Of a DNA stretch of 64,000 bases, positions 26,527-35,265 are shown in pieces. Below the pieces are notes generated by a model. The model was not told the origin of the DNA. It saw nothing but the letters and a program-made list of their open reading frames with translations, and ran no database searches. Both the position numbers and the translations under genes were made by a program. Numbering within the stretch: the first letter of the stretch is position 1; every line of letters begins with the position of its first letter. This DNA is from an uncultured virus (IMG/VR IMGVR_UViG_2860903427_000006) (lineage: Duplodnaviria > Heunggongvirae > Uroviricota > Caudoviricetes), in the IMG/VR virus record IMGVR_UViG_2860903427_000006, positions 1 through 64,000 of that record; one strand, written 5' to 3'.

Positions 26527-29500
26527 CAGAAGGCTCCTTTGCGGTACTGATCCGCGTTGCCGTCAGGGCGGATGTAGTGGACACCTGGCTGCACATTGGG
26601 CACGCCCACATCCACTGAGTCCAACCCTACAGGTGCCACAGACTGGGCATTTGGACCCGGTGGAATGAAGACGTTGCGCACTCGCATGCGATCCGCGAAA
26701 TGCGACGGGTCGTATTCGCAGATGAACGACTCCCAGCCGTCCGGCTCAACCCCTCGTACCCGCAGCGAAACCCAGGCTGTGCCGAATGCTGATGTGTCGG
26801 TACCGCTTGGAATGGTCGGCATCGGCGGCCCAACATGCAGCGACTGCCACTGGTACGGACCCTCTCCACGCGAATACCCCATAGCCAGCGACGAGAGTCC
26901 GGTCATCTGGAGTCGACGATCCAGCAGCGATACCCATGTCGCCCCACCTGGGCCAGGGGCCAGCAGACCAGCAGGCCGAACCGTTTGCGGGCCGTAGTAG
27001 GGGCCACGGGCTACAGCAGGCGCCCCCAGTGACATCGAATCAGCACCGGCGAACTGCGTCACGAACTGGGTGCCATCACCCACGATCGCCCACCCCATGC
27101 GATACGCCTGCAGCCCCCGCGGCTCTAGGTAGCGACGTTTCAGGTAGATCGCGTGCTCACCCACCTTCGACACGTCGCCCAGCGGGAATGGCTTGAGGAT
27201 GCCCAAGTAGGTGCTGATGCGCGCCGAGCCGAACCGCTCGCCCGGAGGATAAACCAGCGTTTCCCCTACATAGTGCAGGTTACCGGCTGGATGGTTCTGC
27301 TTAGCCTGCTCGGGTGCCTCCTTCACCGCCCAGATGGTGTGCGGCGTGATGCGCGGCTTGGATGGCTGGAACACTTCAGCATCGGGCCACTCGTCCACCG
27401 TCAGCTTGCGCAGCTTCAAGCTCACGGCTGGCATGCCGTAGCCGTCCACCTTGATGCCAGCGTCGATGTTCACGCCCATGATGCGCACCGTTGGCTCCCC
27501 AACTTCCGCCGCCCGGATACCTACCGCGTACAGCACGTATTGATTCAGCCCGGGCTTTCCGAGCACCGCGCCGGTGTTGACCGCCCGATCCACCACGATG
27601 TTCTGCGGCGAGTACGGCGGTGCGCCGGTCTTGGTCACCACTAGCTTGTCGCCCATCCTGAGCAGGTTGGTGCCTGGAGCCGCGATGGTCTGCTTGCGGT
27701 CCGCGATCTTTGCCTGGCCGAACAACTGCATGTTGTTGCCGTCCGGCGCCACCGGACGCCATTGCAGGCGCACGAAGGCCGAACCGAACTCCTCGGCGTT
27801 CGCCCCGAAGGTCGCGACCTCCGGCGTCACGTTGTGGATGCGCGGATCGCCGAACAGGTCTTTGTGCGCCCACTTCGGCCCTATGGCGTTGAAGTGGATC
27901 GACAGGGCCACCAGGCCCATGTTCAGCATGTCGTTGCTCGCCGGATCGACGTAGCGCGTGTACAGCTTGACCTCGGGCAACTTGATATCCGGCGGCTCAA
28001 TGCTGTAGCGCGGCTCGATGCTGATGCCGCGAATGGCAAAATCGATGAACGCGATGCCGATATCCGCCGAGTCGAAGCCGCCGATGCGGTCGAAGTAGCG
28101 CCGCGTGTTCTCCACTCTCGCAACACCGAAAGCGCTTTGCGTATTCCCAGTCGGCACCAACACCCGCGCGCCGTTGTAGATGGCATGCCAATTCAGGATC
28201 GGCGGTGGTTCGATGCCTTCCAGAGGCAGGTAACGGCGGCCGTAGGCAATCATGGCTGCGTTGGTGATCTGCGGCGCCGCCACGCCACCCGGCAGGATCG
28301 GCCTGGCGTTGTTGTCGATCTGCGGGAAGCCGGCCGGCGGCGAAGGCATGCCGATGGTGCCCACTTGACGGTTTCGGTTCTCCACCAGCGTCCACTGCGA
28401 CCAGGGTGGCGGGTTCAACTCGCTGTCGGGGTCGTACTCCTGGACCACGTACTGGCGCAGGTTCCACACGTCCGCGCGGCCCCAGCGGTATTCCTCCTGC
28501 ACGGTACTCTGGAATCCGGCCGGCTCGGCAAAGGTGAGCCAGTTGTTGATAGCCTGCTGCCCCCACAACTCGGCGAAGCCTTGAGGCGCGACCGTCTGCG
28601 ACTCGGGAATGATCCGCGTGCCGAACGCCGAGGAATCCCAGCCTGGCGGCTCCAAGAAGCGCGTGCCGCCGACCATAGGCCTGGCCACGGCATCCAGGAA
28701 CGCGCCAATAGGCTCCAGAACGCGCGTTCCCTGACTGACCCATGCCGTCCCCATGCCTGGCGCTGGAACGCCAGCGTTGAGTTGCACGAACTGGCGTTCA
28801 TGGCTGATGCGGTGGGCATCCGATATCGCGGTCGCCAGCAGGCCGCCAGGCTTCAGGTAGCGGGTGTACAGCCAAATCGTGGGACTTGCGCCCCATGCCG
28901 GCGGCGCAATGTTGCCGGCCGCCACATAGCGGTTTCGGTTGATGATGTTCGCCTGCCCGCTTTGGTAGGCGACAAATCCGGTCGACTGAACTGTCCGGTG
29001 CTTATTCTGGATGGCATGCCCACCCACCGCGCCAGGCGACACGCCCTTTGGTGACAAGCGGGAAGTGAAGTTCCATACCGTTGACTGGCCGAACGCCTGA
29101 TGCACCGCTCCCTGCGCCTGCACATGGCGGAACTGGAGGCGGACCTCCGGGAGCGTCACCTCTCCATCGCTGATGCCGCCAGGGAACAACCATTGCGACT
29201 CGATCGGATGGTCTTCGCCATGCTCGAACTCCAGCCCGACCTGGTTGCCGGCAGGAGGCGTATATGGCGTGCCGAACTCCAGCCCGACCTGGTTCCCAAC
29301 GGGCGGGTGGTATGGCTTGAAGAACAGCAGCGGGACGTTGCTGGATGGCGGGACGGTGTAGCCGCGATCTACCGTCGAGAAATCCAAGTCCAGCACTACC
29401 TGCGGATCAGGTAGCAGCATCCGCTTCAGCGTCAAGTCACGCGGAAGAAGTGGCGGGCGGACGCCCCATACGCCAATCGTGCCGACGGGCAAGCCGCCTG

Positions 29501-29591
29501 GCGGGCCTCCACCAAGGTCTACCTGTCGGCTGCTGTCCGGCGTATAGCCGCTGGGGACCGTATCAAACCGCAGGTCAACGACCTGGCTCAT
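26526..29591 (-). CDS. repetitive tail/fibre protein
   Basis: 1021 aa; N-terminal YTPP..NQV.L.F repeats, then many P.G.....FG...V repeats. Confidence 0.7.
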   Translation of the reverse strand: MSQVVDLRFDTVPSGYTPDSSRQVDLGGGPPGGLPVGTIGVWGVRPPLLPRDLTLKRMLLPDPQVVLDLDFSTVDRGYTVPPSSNVPLLFFKPYHPPVGNQVGLEFGTPYTPPAGNQVGLEFEHGEDHPIESQWLFPGGISDGEVTLPEVRLQFRHVQAQGAVHQAFGQSTVWNFTSRLSPKGVSPGAVGGHAIQNKHRTVQSTGFVAYQSGQANIINRNRYVAAGNIAPPAWGASPTIWLYTRYLKPGGLLATAISDAHRISHERQFVQLNAGVPAPGMGTAWVSQGTRVLEPIGAFLDAVARPMVGGTRFLEPPGWDSSAFGTRIIPESQTVAPQGFAELWGQQAINNWLTFAEPAGFQSTVQEEYRWGRADVWNLRQYVVQEYDPDSELNPPPWSQWTLVENRNRQVGTIGMPSPPAGFPQIDNNARPILPGGVAAPQITNAAMIAYGRRYLPLEGIEPPPILNWHAIYNGARVLVPTGNTQSAFGVARVENTRRYFDRIGGFDSADIGIAFIDFAIRGISIEPRYSIEPPDIKLPEVKLYTRYVDPASNDMLNMGLVALSIHFNAIGPKWAHKDLFGDPRIHNVTPEVATFGANAEEFGSAFVRLQWRPVAPDGNNMQLFGQAKIADRKQTIAAPGTNLLRMGDKLVVTKTGAPPYSPQNIVVDRAVNTGAVLGKPGLNQYVLYAVGIRAAEVGEPTVRIMGVNIDAGIKVDGYGMPAVSLKLRKLTVDEWPDAEVFQPSKPRITPHTIWAVKEAPEQAKQNHPAGNLHYVGETLVYPPGERFGSARISTYLGILKPFPLGDVSKVGEHAIYLKRRYLEPRGLQAYRMGWAIVGDGTQFVTQFAGADSMSLGAPAVARGPYYGPQTVRPAGLLAPGPGGATWVSLLDRRLQMTGLSSLAMGYSRGEGPYQWQSLHVGPPMPTIPSGTDTSAFGTAWVSLRVRGVEPDGWESFICEYDPSHFADRMRVRNVFIPPGPNAQSVAPVGLDSVDVGVPNVQPGVHYIRPDGNADQYRKGAF
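29225..29294 (+). repeat. 22-bp direct repeat (48-bp period)
   Basis: CGAACTCCAGCCCGACCTGGTT at 29225-29246 and 29273-29294, encoding NQVGLEF twice. Confidence 0.9.
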
Positions 29592-29595
29592 GCAC

Positions 29596-30447
29596 CTACT
29601 CCAGCACGATGCGATCTGCGACGACGGCGTTAATTAGAGGCGGTGTTTCGTCGTCCAGGGCAATCAAGTACATCGTCGTTCCAACCTTGGCGATCACGGG
29701 AAGCTCATACTGACCGGACGCATTGCTACGCGTCTCGCCCAGTACGGCGCCGGAACTGCGTTCATGCGCCCGGACTATGCGCGTCGCCGGCTCGCCGGCC
29801 TGGTCCACCACGGTTCCTGATACCGTGCCACCATAGATCGAGCACGTCACCAACCCCACCGCGCCCAGCGCAATACTCGCTATGTCCACGACCGAAGCCA
29901 CCGTGGTTCCATTCAGGACGGCGACCTTGATTGGCAAGCCCGCTGCCTGCACGCTGTTTTTAATGGCTATTTCGAGTTGCCTACCACGCACAAGGCGCGC
30001 CACGACCTCGACGTTCTCGCCGGTTCGGTTGTGTTTCGCGCGGAACACCGACAAACCAGCGTCATAGCTACCAACGAACGATGTCAGACCAGAGTCAACC
30101 CCGGTCGGGTGGTAGATGATCGCCACGCGCAGGCCGACGTTCATGGAGTAGTAGCGGCTGACTCCAGGAATCCCGGCCGAATAGAAAGCGGGGGTTCCGC
30201 CGAACGGGTACGGCACCAGTTCGACGCCGCATTCCCAGGAGTAGACGGCTTGCGTCGCACCATTGGGCCAGATGGGCGGTACGTTGATAAGCGTGGCGCC
30301 ATCGTCTCCGGACGCGGCAGGATATCCCGTCGTAGTCCCCTCAAAACCGGACACCCATTCGGCCTGTAGTTCGTCAAGGGTCCTGGCGGTCGCCTCCATG
30401 CTGACCGCGATGAACTTGCTTGCATCCAGGTCAACTACCGTCGTCAT
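29596..30447 (-). CDS. putative receptor-binding/tail accessory protein
   Basis: 283 aa; C-terminal transthyretin/CarboxypepD-reg-like beta sandwich (SGTVVDQAGEP...SNASGQY). Confidence 0.6.
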   Translation of the reverse strand: MTTVVDLDASKFIAVSMEATARTLDELQAEWVSGFEGTTTGYPAASGDDGATLINVPPIWPNGATQAVYSWECGVELVPYPFGGTPAFYSAGIPGVSRYYSMNVGLRVAIIYHPTGVDSGLTSFVGSYDAGLSVFRAKHNRTGENVEVVARLVRGRQLEIAIKNSVQAAGLPIKVAVLNGTTVASVVDIASIALGAVGLVTCSIYGGTVSGTVVDQAGEPATRIVRAHERSSGAVLGETRSNASGQYELPVIAKVGTTMYLIALDDETPPLINAVVADRIVLE

Positions 30448-30454
30448 GCACTAC

Positions 30455-30811
30455 CTACTCCACTGCCGGGGCGACGTTCGCCATGATGGTGTCGTTGAAG
30501 CCGCTCTTTCGTCCCACCACGTCATAGCGCAGCGAAGGGTTCAGCCCGTCCACCCGCCAGGTACCATCGGCCACCGACTGCACTTCGGCAACCAGTACGC
30601 CATCACCGAGCGCACCGCCCGCGGAGCGATACAAGACTCGAACCGTTGCAGCCACTGGAGCGCCGCCGACAGTGGTGATACCGCTCGGAAACTCACCGGC
30701 CAGGTAGCCATTGCCGCCCGGTGGCAGGTCGCGCCCTCTGGTCAGCGTGACAGGATTTCCCGGCGGCTGAACGAACATGCTGTGCGGCGCGACCACCTCA
30801 TAAAGTGCCAT
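30455..30811 (-). CDS. small tail accessory protein
   Basis: 118 aa; same type of beta-sandwich motif (GITTVGGAP...SVADGTW). Confidence 0.6.
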   Translation of the reverse strand: MALYEVVAPHSMFVQPPGNPVTLTRGRDLPPGGNGYLAGEFPSGITTVGGAPVAATVRVLYRSAGGALGDGVLVAEVQSVADGTWRVDGLNPSLRYDVVGRKSGFNDTIMANVAPAVE

Positions 30812-30817
30812 TCGTTA

Positions 30818-31780
30818 TCACTCCCACAGCATGGCAATACATGCTCGGCTACTGTTTCCCGTGTACACGTCAGCCGGCCATACAGGGTTCATCACCAGGA
30901 AGTTGCGTTCTACGGTGCCAACTGCTGCCGCCATCGTGTCGTCGTTGCCGGATGCACCAATGGCTCGCGCAGCGCACAGAATTTGCGAAAGCCGTTTCGG
31001 CCTGGGCGTCATAGTGTAGATGTTGTAGAGAGGCACCTTGCCATCAACGGTGCTGATCTGCGCCGCGCCGAGCGCCAAGGCAGATCGGTCGTTTACGACT
31101 ATGACGCCGGCGGCATTGATGTGAACGCAGTAAGGGGCCTCCCCAAAGCTAGATCCAGTCCGACCACCTCTGGCGATAACCACCAGAGTGACGCCATCGG
31201 CGGTCGGCTCGCCGGCATCGTTGCAGTCGCGGCAGACAAAGAACTCCATCAACCCTGGCGCATCTGCAATGGCGGTAGATGGGCCGTAGTTGGCGGAAGG
31301 CTCAACGCAGAGTTGCTTGAACGACACGCCGAGAAAGCCCGGCAGCACACAAATGAAGGACTGCAGGTTCTGCCCGATCGCAGTTCCCCGATGTGACAAG
31401 TAGGAAGCGGTCGAGCATCCGACGAGGTATTCCGGCGAACCATTCACCAGGTTGCCGGCGCCATCCGTGCCGATGCCCAGGGAGAGATAGAACGACCAAG
31501 GGATCCGATTGGAAGAGGCAAAAGAACTGCTCGACGTGAACCTGATTTTCAAGAAGACGGGCAACGAGATTCCGTCATCAAGCTGGTAGATGCGAAAGCC
31601 ATAGGATGTGCTCGTCGTCAGAGTGGTCATGCTGTCGAAGTCCAGTTGCCCGGAATCCGATGCCGCGACCATTCCAGCAGTCAGGAGCTGGTCATGCAGT
31701 TCTTGGCACACGCGCTTGAAGTCAGGCAGCGCTACGGTGCTACTGGTCAAGGCTGGAGTGTTGAATGCCACCTTGGTCAT
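30818..31780 (-). CDS. putative tail fibre/receptor-binding protein
   Basis: 320 aa, Ser/Thr-rich, atypical codons, lies within the tail block. Confidence 0.55.
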   Translation of the reverse strand: MTKVAFNTPALTSSTVALPDFKRVCQELHDQLLTAGMVAASDSGQLDFDSMTTLTTSTSYGFRIYQLDDGISLPVFLKIRFTSSSSFASSNRIPWSFYLSLGIGTDGAGNLVNGSPEYLVGCSTASYLSHRGTAIGQNLQSFICVLPGFLGVSFKQLCVEPSANYGPSTAIADAPGLMEFFVCRDCNDAGEPTADGVTLVVIARGGRTGSSFGEAPYCVHINAAGVIVVNDRSALALGAAQISTVDGKVPLYNIYTMTPRPKRLSQILCAARAIGASGNDDTMAAAVGTVERNFLVMNPVWPADVYTGNSSRACIAMLWE

Positions 31781-32121
31781 GCCGGCTGTCCTTGCTTGGG
31801 CAGCAACTCGCCGAAGATGGTTTCACCGGGCCAGTAGCCTTTAGCCTGGTGCCACTGGGCATAGCACTCCAGCAGTATCTTGTCTCCGAGTTGGGCGCCG
31901 TAGCGTACGCCGTAGTCGATAGCCCACTGCTGCTGGGAGCGGTCGGGAGGGCACGGCGCCTGCTCCTGAACGAACATCTGGAAGGGCGGGAGCGCGCCGA
32001 TGGCCTGCCAGTTGACATGTAGGTCTTGAGCCGGCGTCAGTTCGATCGGCTTGGGCTCGATACCTTGCGCGCCGATGCCCTGAGTCGGTGGCTTCACGGC
32101 CTGCTCAGTTGTGCCAGTCAT
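31777..32121 (-). CDS. hypothetical protein
   Basis: 114-aa ORF, AAGGAGG RBS, overlaps neighbours. Confidence 0.7.
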   Translation of the reverse strand: MTGTTEQAVKPPTQGIGAQGIEPKPIELTPAQDLHVNWQAIGALPPFQMFVQEQAPCPPDRSQQQWAIDYGVRYGAQLGDKILLECYAQWHQAKGYWPGETIFGELLPKQGQPA

Positions 32122-32500
32122 CGCTGTCCTCCTTAGCTACCCGGCGCGGCTTATTGCCGCGCCCGACCCTGGTGTACCGGCCTTGCGTCCCCTCCTGGCA
32201 CATGGCGAAGGCGGCGCGAACGGCTTCCACGGCGGTGATAGGCTGACGCATGGCCTCGGCGGCGAGCGCCAGGTTGTCCTGGATGTCCTTGTCCGTCACC
32301 ACGCCGCGGCCGAGCTGGTCGAACAGGCTGGCGTACATACGCTGCCAGGTCTGGACCTGGTTCTGGAGCTGGCGCCCCTGCTCCACCCACATCTCCCGTT
32401 CGATCAGCAGACCCTGCTCACGAGCCTTAGAGCGAGCAAGTTCGATGCGGAGCTGTTCAATCTCAAGCGTGGTGGTGTCGGTATTCTTGCGTTTGAGCAT
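32105..32500 (-). CDS. hypothetical coiled-coil protein (possible tail assembly chaperone)
   Basis: 131-aa ORF from ATG 32500 with AGGAG RBS. Confidence 0.65.
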   Translation of the reverse strand: MLKRKNTDTTTLEIEQLRIELARSKAREQGLLIEREMWVEQGRQLQNQVQTWQRMYASLFDQLGRGVVTDKDIQDNLALAAEAMRQPITAVEAVRAAFAMCQEGTQGRYTRVGRGNKPRRVAKEDSDDWHN

Positions 32501-32505
32501 CTTCT

Positions 32506-32517
32506 GCACTCCTGCGC
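32506..32517 (-). promoter_or_regulatory. AGGA-loop RNA hairpin overlapping the RBS
   Basis: GCGC-AGGA-GTGC, 5 nt before ATG 32500. Confidence 0.55.
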
Positions 32518-32525
32518 GTGGTTGA

Positions 32526-32933
32526 TCAGACTTTGAAAATCTTGTTCGTGCCGTTGTCCCACGTGACGATGATGTCGCCGCCGTTGGGGGTGATCGGCAA
32601 GCCGGTAGCCGTGTCGATGAATGCAATCAGCGGGCTGGTGGACTCGGTACCGGTGTCCTTGTAGATGATGATTGCCTCGATGCTCGCGCCGGACACACTG
32701 GTGAACGTCACATCCGCACCGTCAGCAGCGCCGCCGGTGGTGGTCTTCGCGGTGAGAGTGACCGGGCCAGCGATCCGGGACGACGACGGGATATCCGACA
32801 GGTACTGGTGGATCGCAGTCTGCGGCGTGTAGGCGCCGGTATCGACCAGGATCACCTTGATCGTGTCGGTCATCCAGTTGAACTGACCTTCCAGGAAGCG
32901 CTGGCGGGCATAGTCATAGAGGGTATTTGCCAT
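32526..32933 (-). CDS. virion structural protein (small beta-sandwich fibre subunit)
   Basis: 135 aa; IKVILVD...ADVTF...LIAFID...LPITPNGGDI.VTW, a motif set common in phage minor tail proteins. Confidence 0.75.
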   Translation of the reverse strand: MANTLYDYARQRFLEGQFNWMTDTIKVILVDTGAYTPQTAIHQYLSDIPSSSRIAGPVTLTAKTTTGGAADGADVTFTSVSGASIEAIIIYKDTGTESTSPLIAFIDTATGLPITPNGGDIIVTWDNGTNKIFKV

Positions 32934-33120
32934 CAGGGGTGTGCTCCAGGTCTTGGAGCGCACTCCTGCGCGCTGCTGCGGGGTTTTGAATAACGGTGCC
33001 TTCGTCGGCCGAGATCTGCAGGCGCGCCACCTGCCCGGACTTCTTCTCCAGGCGGATGGCAGTACCATCGATCAGCAGTACCTCTCCGACCTTCAGGTCC
33101 ACGCTCATCTTCTTGCTCAT
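32914..33120 (-). CDS. small protein with CsrA-like fold signature
   Basis: MSVDLKVGEVLLIDGTAIRLEKKSGQVARLQISAD aligns by eye with Csr[19 protein letters not shown]....G.QVRIGV.AP. Confidence 0.6.
   Translation of the reverse strand: MSKKMSVDLKVGEVLLIDGTAIRLEKKSGQVARLQISADEGTVIQNPAAARRSALQDLEHTPDGKYPL
32958..32973 (-). promoter_or_regulatory. AGGA-loop RNA hairpin (Csr/Rsm-like site)
   Basis: GCGCGC-AGGA-GTGCGC, 24 nt before ATG 32933. Confidence 0.6.
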
Positions 33121-33794
33121 GGCCAGAATGCCTCTACATGGTGAGGAACGTCCTCACGGGTGATGCGCCGCAGGTCGGAGTCGGGCCGCTGGCCGAAGTA
33201 GGCCGTGAAGGCATCCTCGGCCAGTGCGGCGCGGCTCGGGTCAAACGATTCCATGTCGGGGATGCTGAATCCGCGATGCAGCGCCCACTGGACCAGGTGC
33301 CGGTGGTGTTCGGGGTGTATCTCCGGCTGCACGGTGTCCTTGTCGGTCAGCGTCATGTCCGCCAGGGGCGTGCGGTAGCCTTCAAGACGCAAGATACCGG
33401 CGCGGTCAGGGGTCGGAGCCAGGCGCAGCGTGGTGTCGTGCTGGATTGCGTACAGCGGCTTGCCGGTGCAGGCGCGCCAGCCGGGCCTCTCCGCATCAAG
33501 CACCTCGGCCGACTTCAGCACCGGCATGGTCGGGCGCGACATATCGGCCGGGTAGAAGCCAAGGTGCGACAGTTCGTATAGCGACGCATGCAACTGGTAG
33601 ATGGCAGTTCCGGCGACCACCTCGATGCGGCACACGGCGTCGGCCTGGCTCTCATGGATCAGCCTGCCGCGCACGGCGGCTTCGCGCACTGCGTCGTTGA
33701 GCCAGTCGGCCACGTCCTGGTCCGACCAGAAATACGGCTCCACCATGTCATTCGCGTCCGTGCGAACTCGGCGGATCAGGTCGGCCAGCGTCAT
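33117..33794 (-). CDS. head-tail adaptor/connector
   Basis: MTLADLIRRVR...D...YFWSD..V..WLNDA..E; LRLAPTP; H..LV.WAL motifs. Confidence 0.75.
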   Translation of the reverse strand: MTLADLIRRVRTDANDMVEPYFWSDQDVADWLNDAVREAAVRGRLIHESQADAVCRIEVVAGTAIYQLHASLYELSHLGFYPADMSRPTMPVLKSAEVLDAERPGWRACTGKPLYAIQHDTTLRLAPTPDRAGILRLEGYRTPLADMTLTDKDTVQPEIHPEHHRHLVQWALHRGFSIPDMESFDPSRAALAEDAFTAYFGQRPDSDLRRITREDVPHHVEAFWP

Positions 33795-34663
33795 ACCGCG
33801 CCACCGAACTGGTCGATGCGTGCGTGGACGGCATCACGGGAGCGCGCTAAGCCGTGCTGCTTGACCAGGTTCAGTCCGTAGCGGTCCTTGGCGAATGCCG
33901 CCAGGCTGGTGAAGTCGGCGAAGTTGTCCACCTCCCGGTGCAGGGCCGATAGGTCTTCCTCCTTGCGAGCGCGCTCCTTCTGCTCCTGCTGGGCCTGCGC
34001 GATCACCTGCTTGGTGTCGTCGCCGGCCGGTGCGGGGCCGGTGGAGCGCTCGAACAGGTCGCGATGGTTGAGGAATCGACGCGCCAGGTCGCCGGGCACG
34101 CTACGCACCTGCCCTTGGGTGAACATCAGCCCCGAGCCATACAGACGGTCGGTGAAGCTTTCCCGCGGGCCGATGTACTTGATGGGCACGCCGTTATCCA
34201 GCATGGGCACGCCGTCGCTCGCAATCTGCGCCACCAGGGCCGCATTCTTGCCTAGCACCTCGTTGAGTTGGTCTTGCAACTCAGCCACGCGCGCGTCGGC
34301 GTCCTGGCTCCCAGCGTCCGGGATGTCCTTGAGTGCATGAACCACGGCGCGGAACAGGTAGTCCTTGACCTTCTGCGACTCGGGCAACTCGGCGTAGGGA
34401 ACGCAGCACGGGTGCGTCTTCGCCTCGAAGTCCTTGACCTCGCCATGGACCCAGCCGTTGGCCAGCTTGTCCGCCAGCCAGGACTCATGGGACTGCTCGG
34501 GGGTGGTGTCTGGGTTGTCCAGGTGGAGTTGCACGCCGGCCAGGATGCCGCGCTGCATGTCTTCCGGGCACTCGGCGAACGGTGGCGCCACCTTGTCGCC
34601 GATGGCGAGGCAGTAGGAGGAATTGATCGCGTGGGCGATGGTGGCGATGAGGATGGGTTTCAT
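33791..34663 (-). CDS. RyR-domain protein
   Basis: HESW..DKLANGW.HGE.KD...KTHPCCVPYAELPESQKVKD is the RyR domain signature; coiled coil and a separate C-terminal domain follow. Confidence 0.85.
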   Translation of the reverse strand: MKPILIATIAHAINSSYCLAIGDKVAPPFAECPEDMQRGILAGVQLHLDNPDTTPEQSHESWLADKLANGWVHGEVKDFEAKTHPCCVPYAELPESQKVKDYLFRAVVHALKDIPDAGSQDADARVAELQDQLNEVLGKNAALVAQIASDGVPMLDNGVPIKYIGPRESFTDRLYGSGLMFTQGQVRSVPGDLARRFLNHRDLFERSTGPAPAGDDTKQVIAQAQQEQKERARKEEDLSALHREVDNFADFTSLAAFAKDRYGLNLVKQHGLARSRDAVHARIDQFGGAV

Positions 34664-34687
34664 GAATGTCCTACTCCTGCGTGACAG

Positions 34688-34712
34688 AAGGGCCAGCACA
34701 GGCCGGCCCTTC
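34688..34712 (-). terminator. hairpin/possible terminator after the decoration gene
   Basis: GAAGGGCC...GGCCCTTC inverted repeat, weak U tract. Confidence 0.45.
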
Positions 34713-34727
34713 GTGGGGCGGCGGCGC

Positions 34728-35207
34728 TTAGACTGCGCCGAGGCGCTCGCCGTGGACGATCACCTGGAGCTTGCCCGCCTCCGCGACGGCAGCGCCTTTG
34801 ATGGTGATAACCAGGTTGGCGTCCTTGGGCAGCGCGAACAGCGCCTTGCTGGAACTGGTGCGCAGGCGCGCAGCGGCCGACAGCAGCAGGCCAGCGCCGA
34901 AATATGCGGCGTCCTGCGGATAGGTCGCGTCGTCCACGCCGTCGGCGTAGGCAAAGCCCACGTCAGCGGTCACGCCGGCACCGAAGTGGTCGGAAATCAC
35001 CAGTTGCAGGTCTTCGGCGACGAAGCCGGCGGGCAACGGGAACTCGAACGCCACGACGTCGCCCACCGCCAGCGCGGCGGCGGCACTGCTGTTGAGCAGA
35101 ACGCCGGCCGCGTTGGTCGCGAGCTGGTAACGCAGGGTGGTCAGGTTGCCATACGGCGTGAAACCGCCGAACTGGCCGCCGAGCGGGATGGTCTTGTACT
35201 GGGCCAT
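34728..35207 (-). CDS. capsid decoration/cement protein
   Basis: 159 aa, Ala-rich beta protein right after the MCP, AAAGGAGG RBS. Confidence 0.7.
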   Translation of the reverse strand: MAQYKTIPLGGQFGGFTPYGNLTTLRYQLATNAAGVLLNSSAAAALAVGDVVAFEFPLPAGFVAEDLQLVISDHFGAGVTADVGFAYADGVDDATYPQDAAYFGAGLLLSAAARLRTSSSKALFALPKDANLVITIKGAAVAEAGKLQVIVHGERLGAV

Positions 35208-35265
35208 AACGGGCCTCCTTTCAATCTGGACGAAGGATAGGGCCGGGATCACCGACCCTTGTCGC

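Noticed and set aside
26623..26635. CACCTGTAGGGTT partial late motif upstream of gene 26526
   Set aside because: Inside coding sequence, C-run broken, no xAxxxT hexamer at 23-25 nt
26526..32933. Diversity-generating retroelement or invertible tail-fibre switch
   Set aside because: No reverse transcriptase, no invertase, no TR/VR pair or flanking inverted repeats seen
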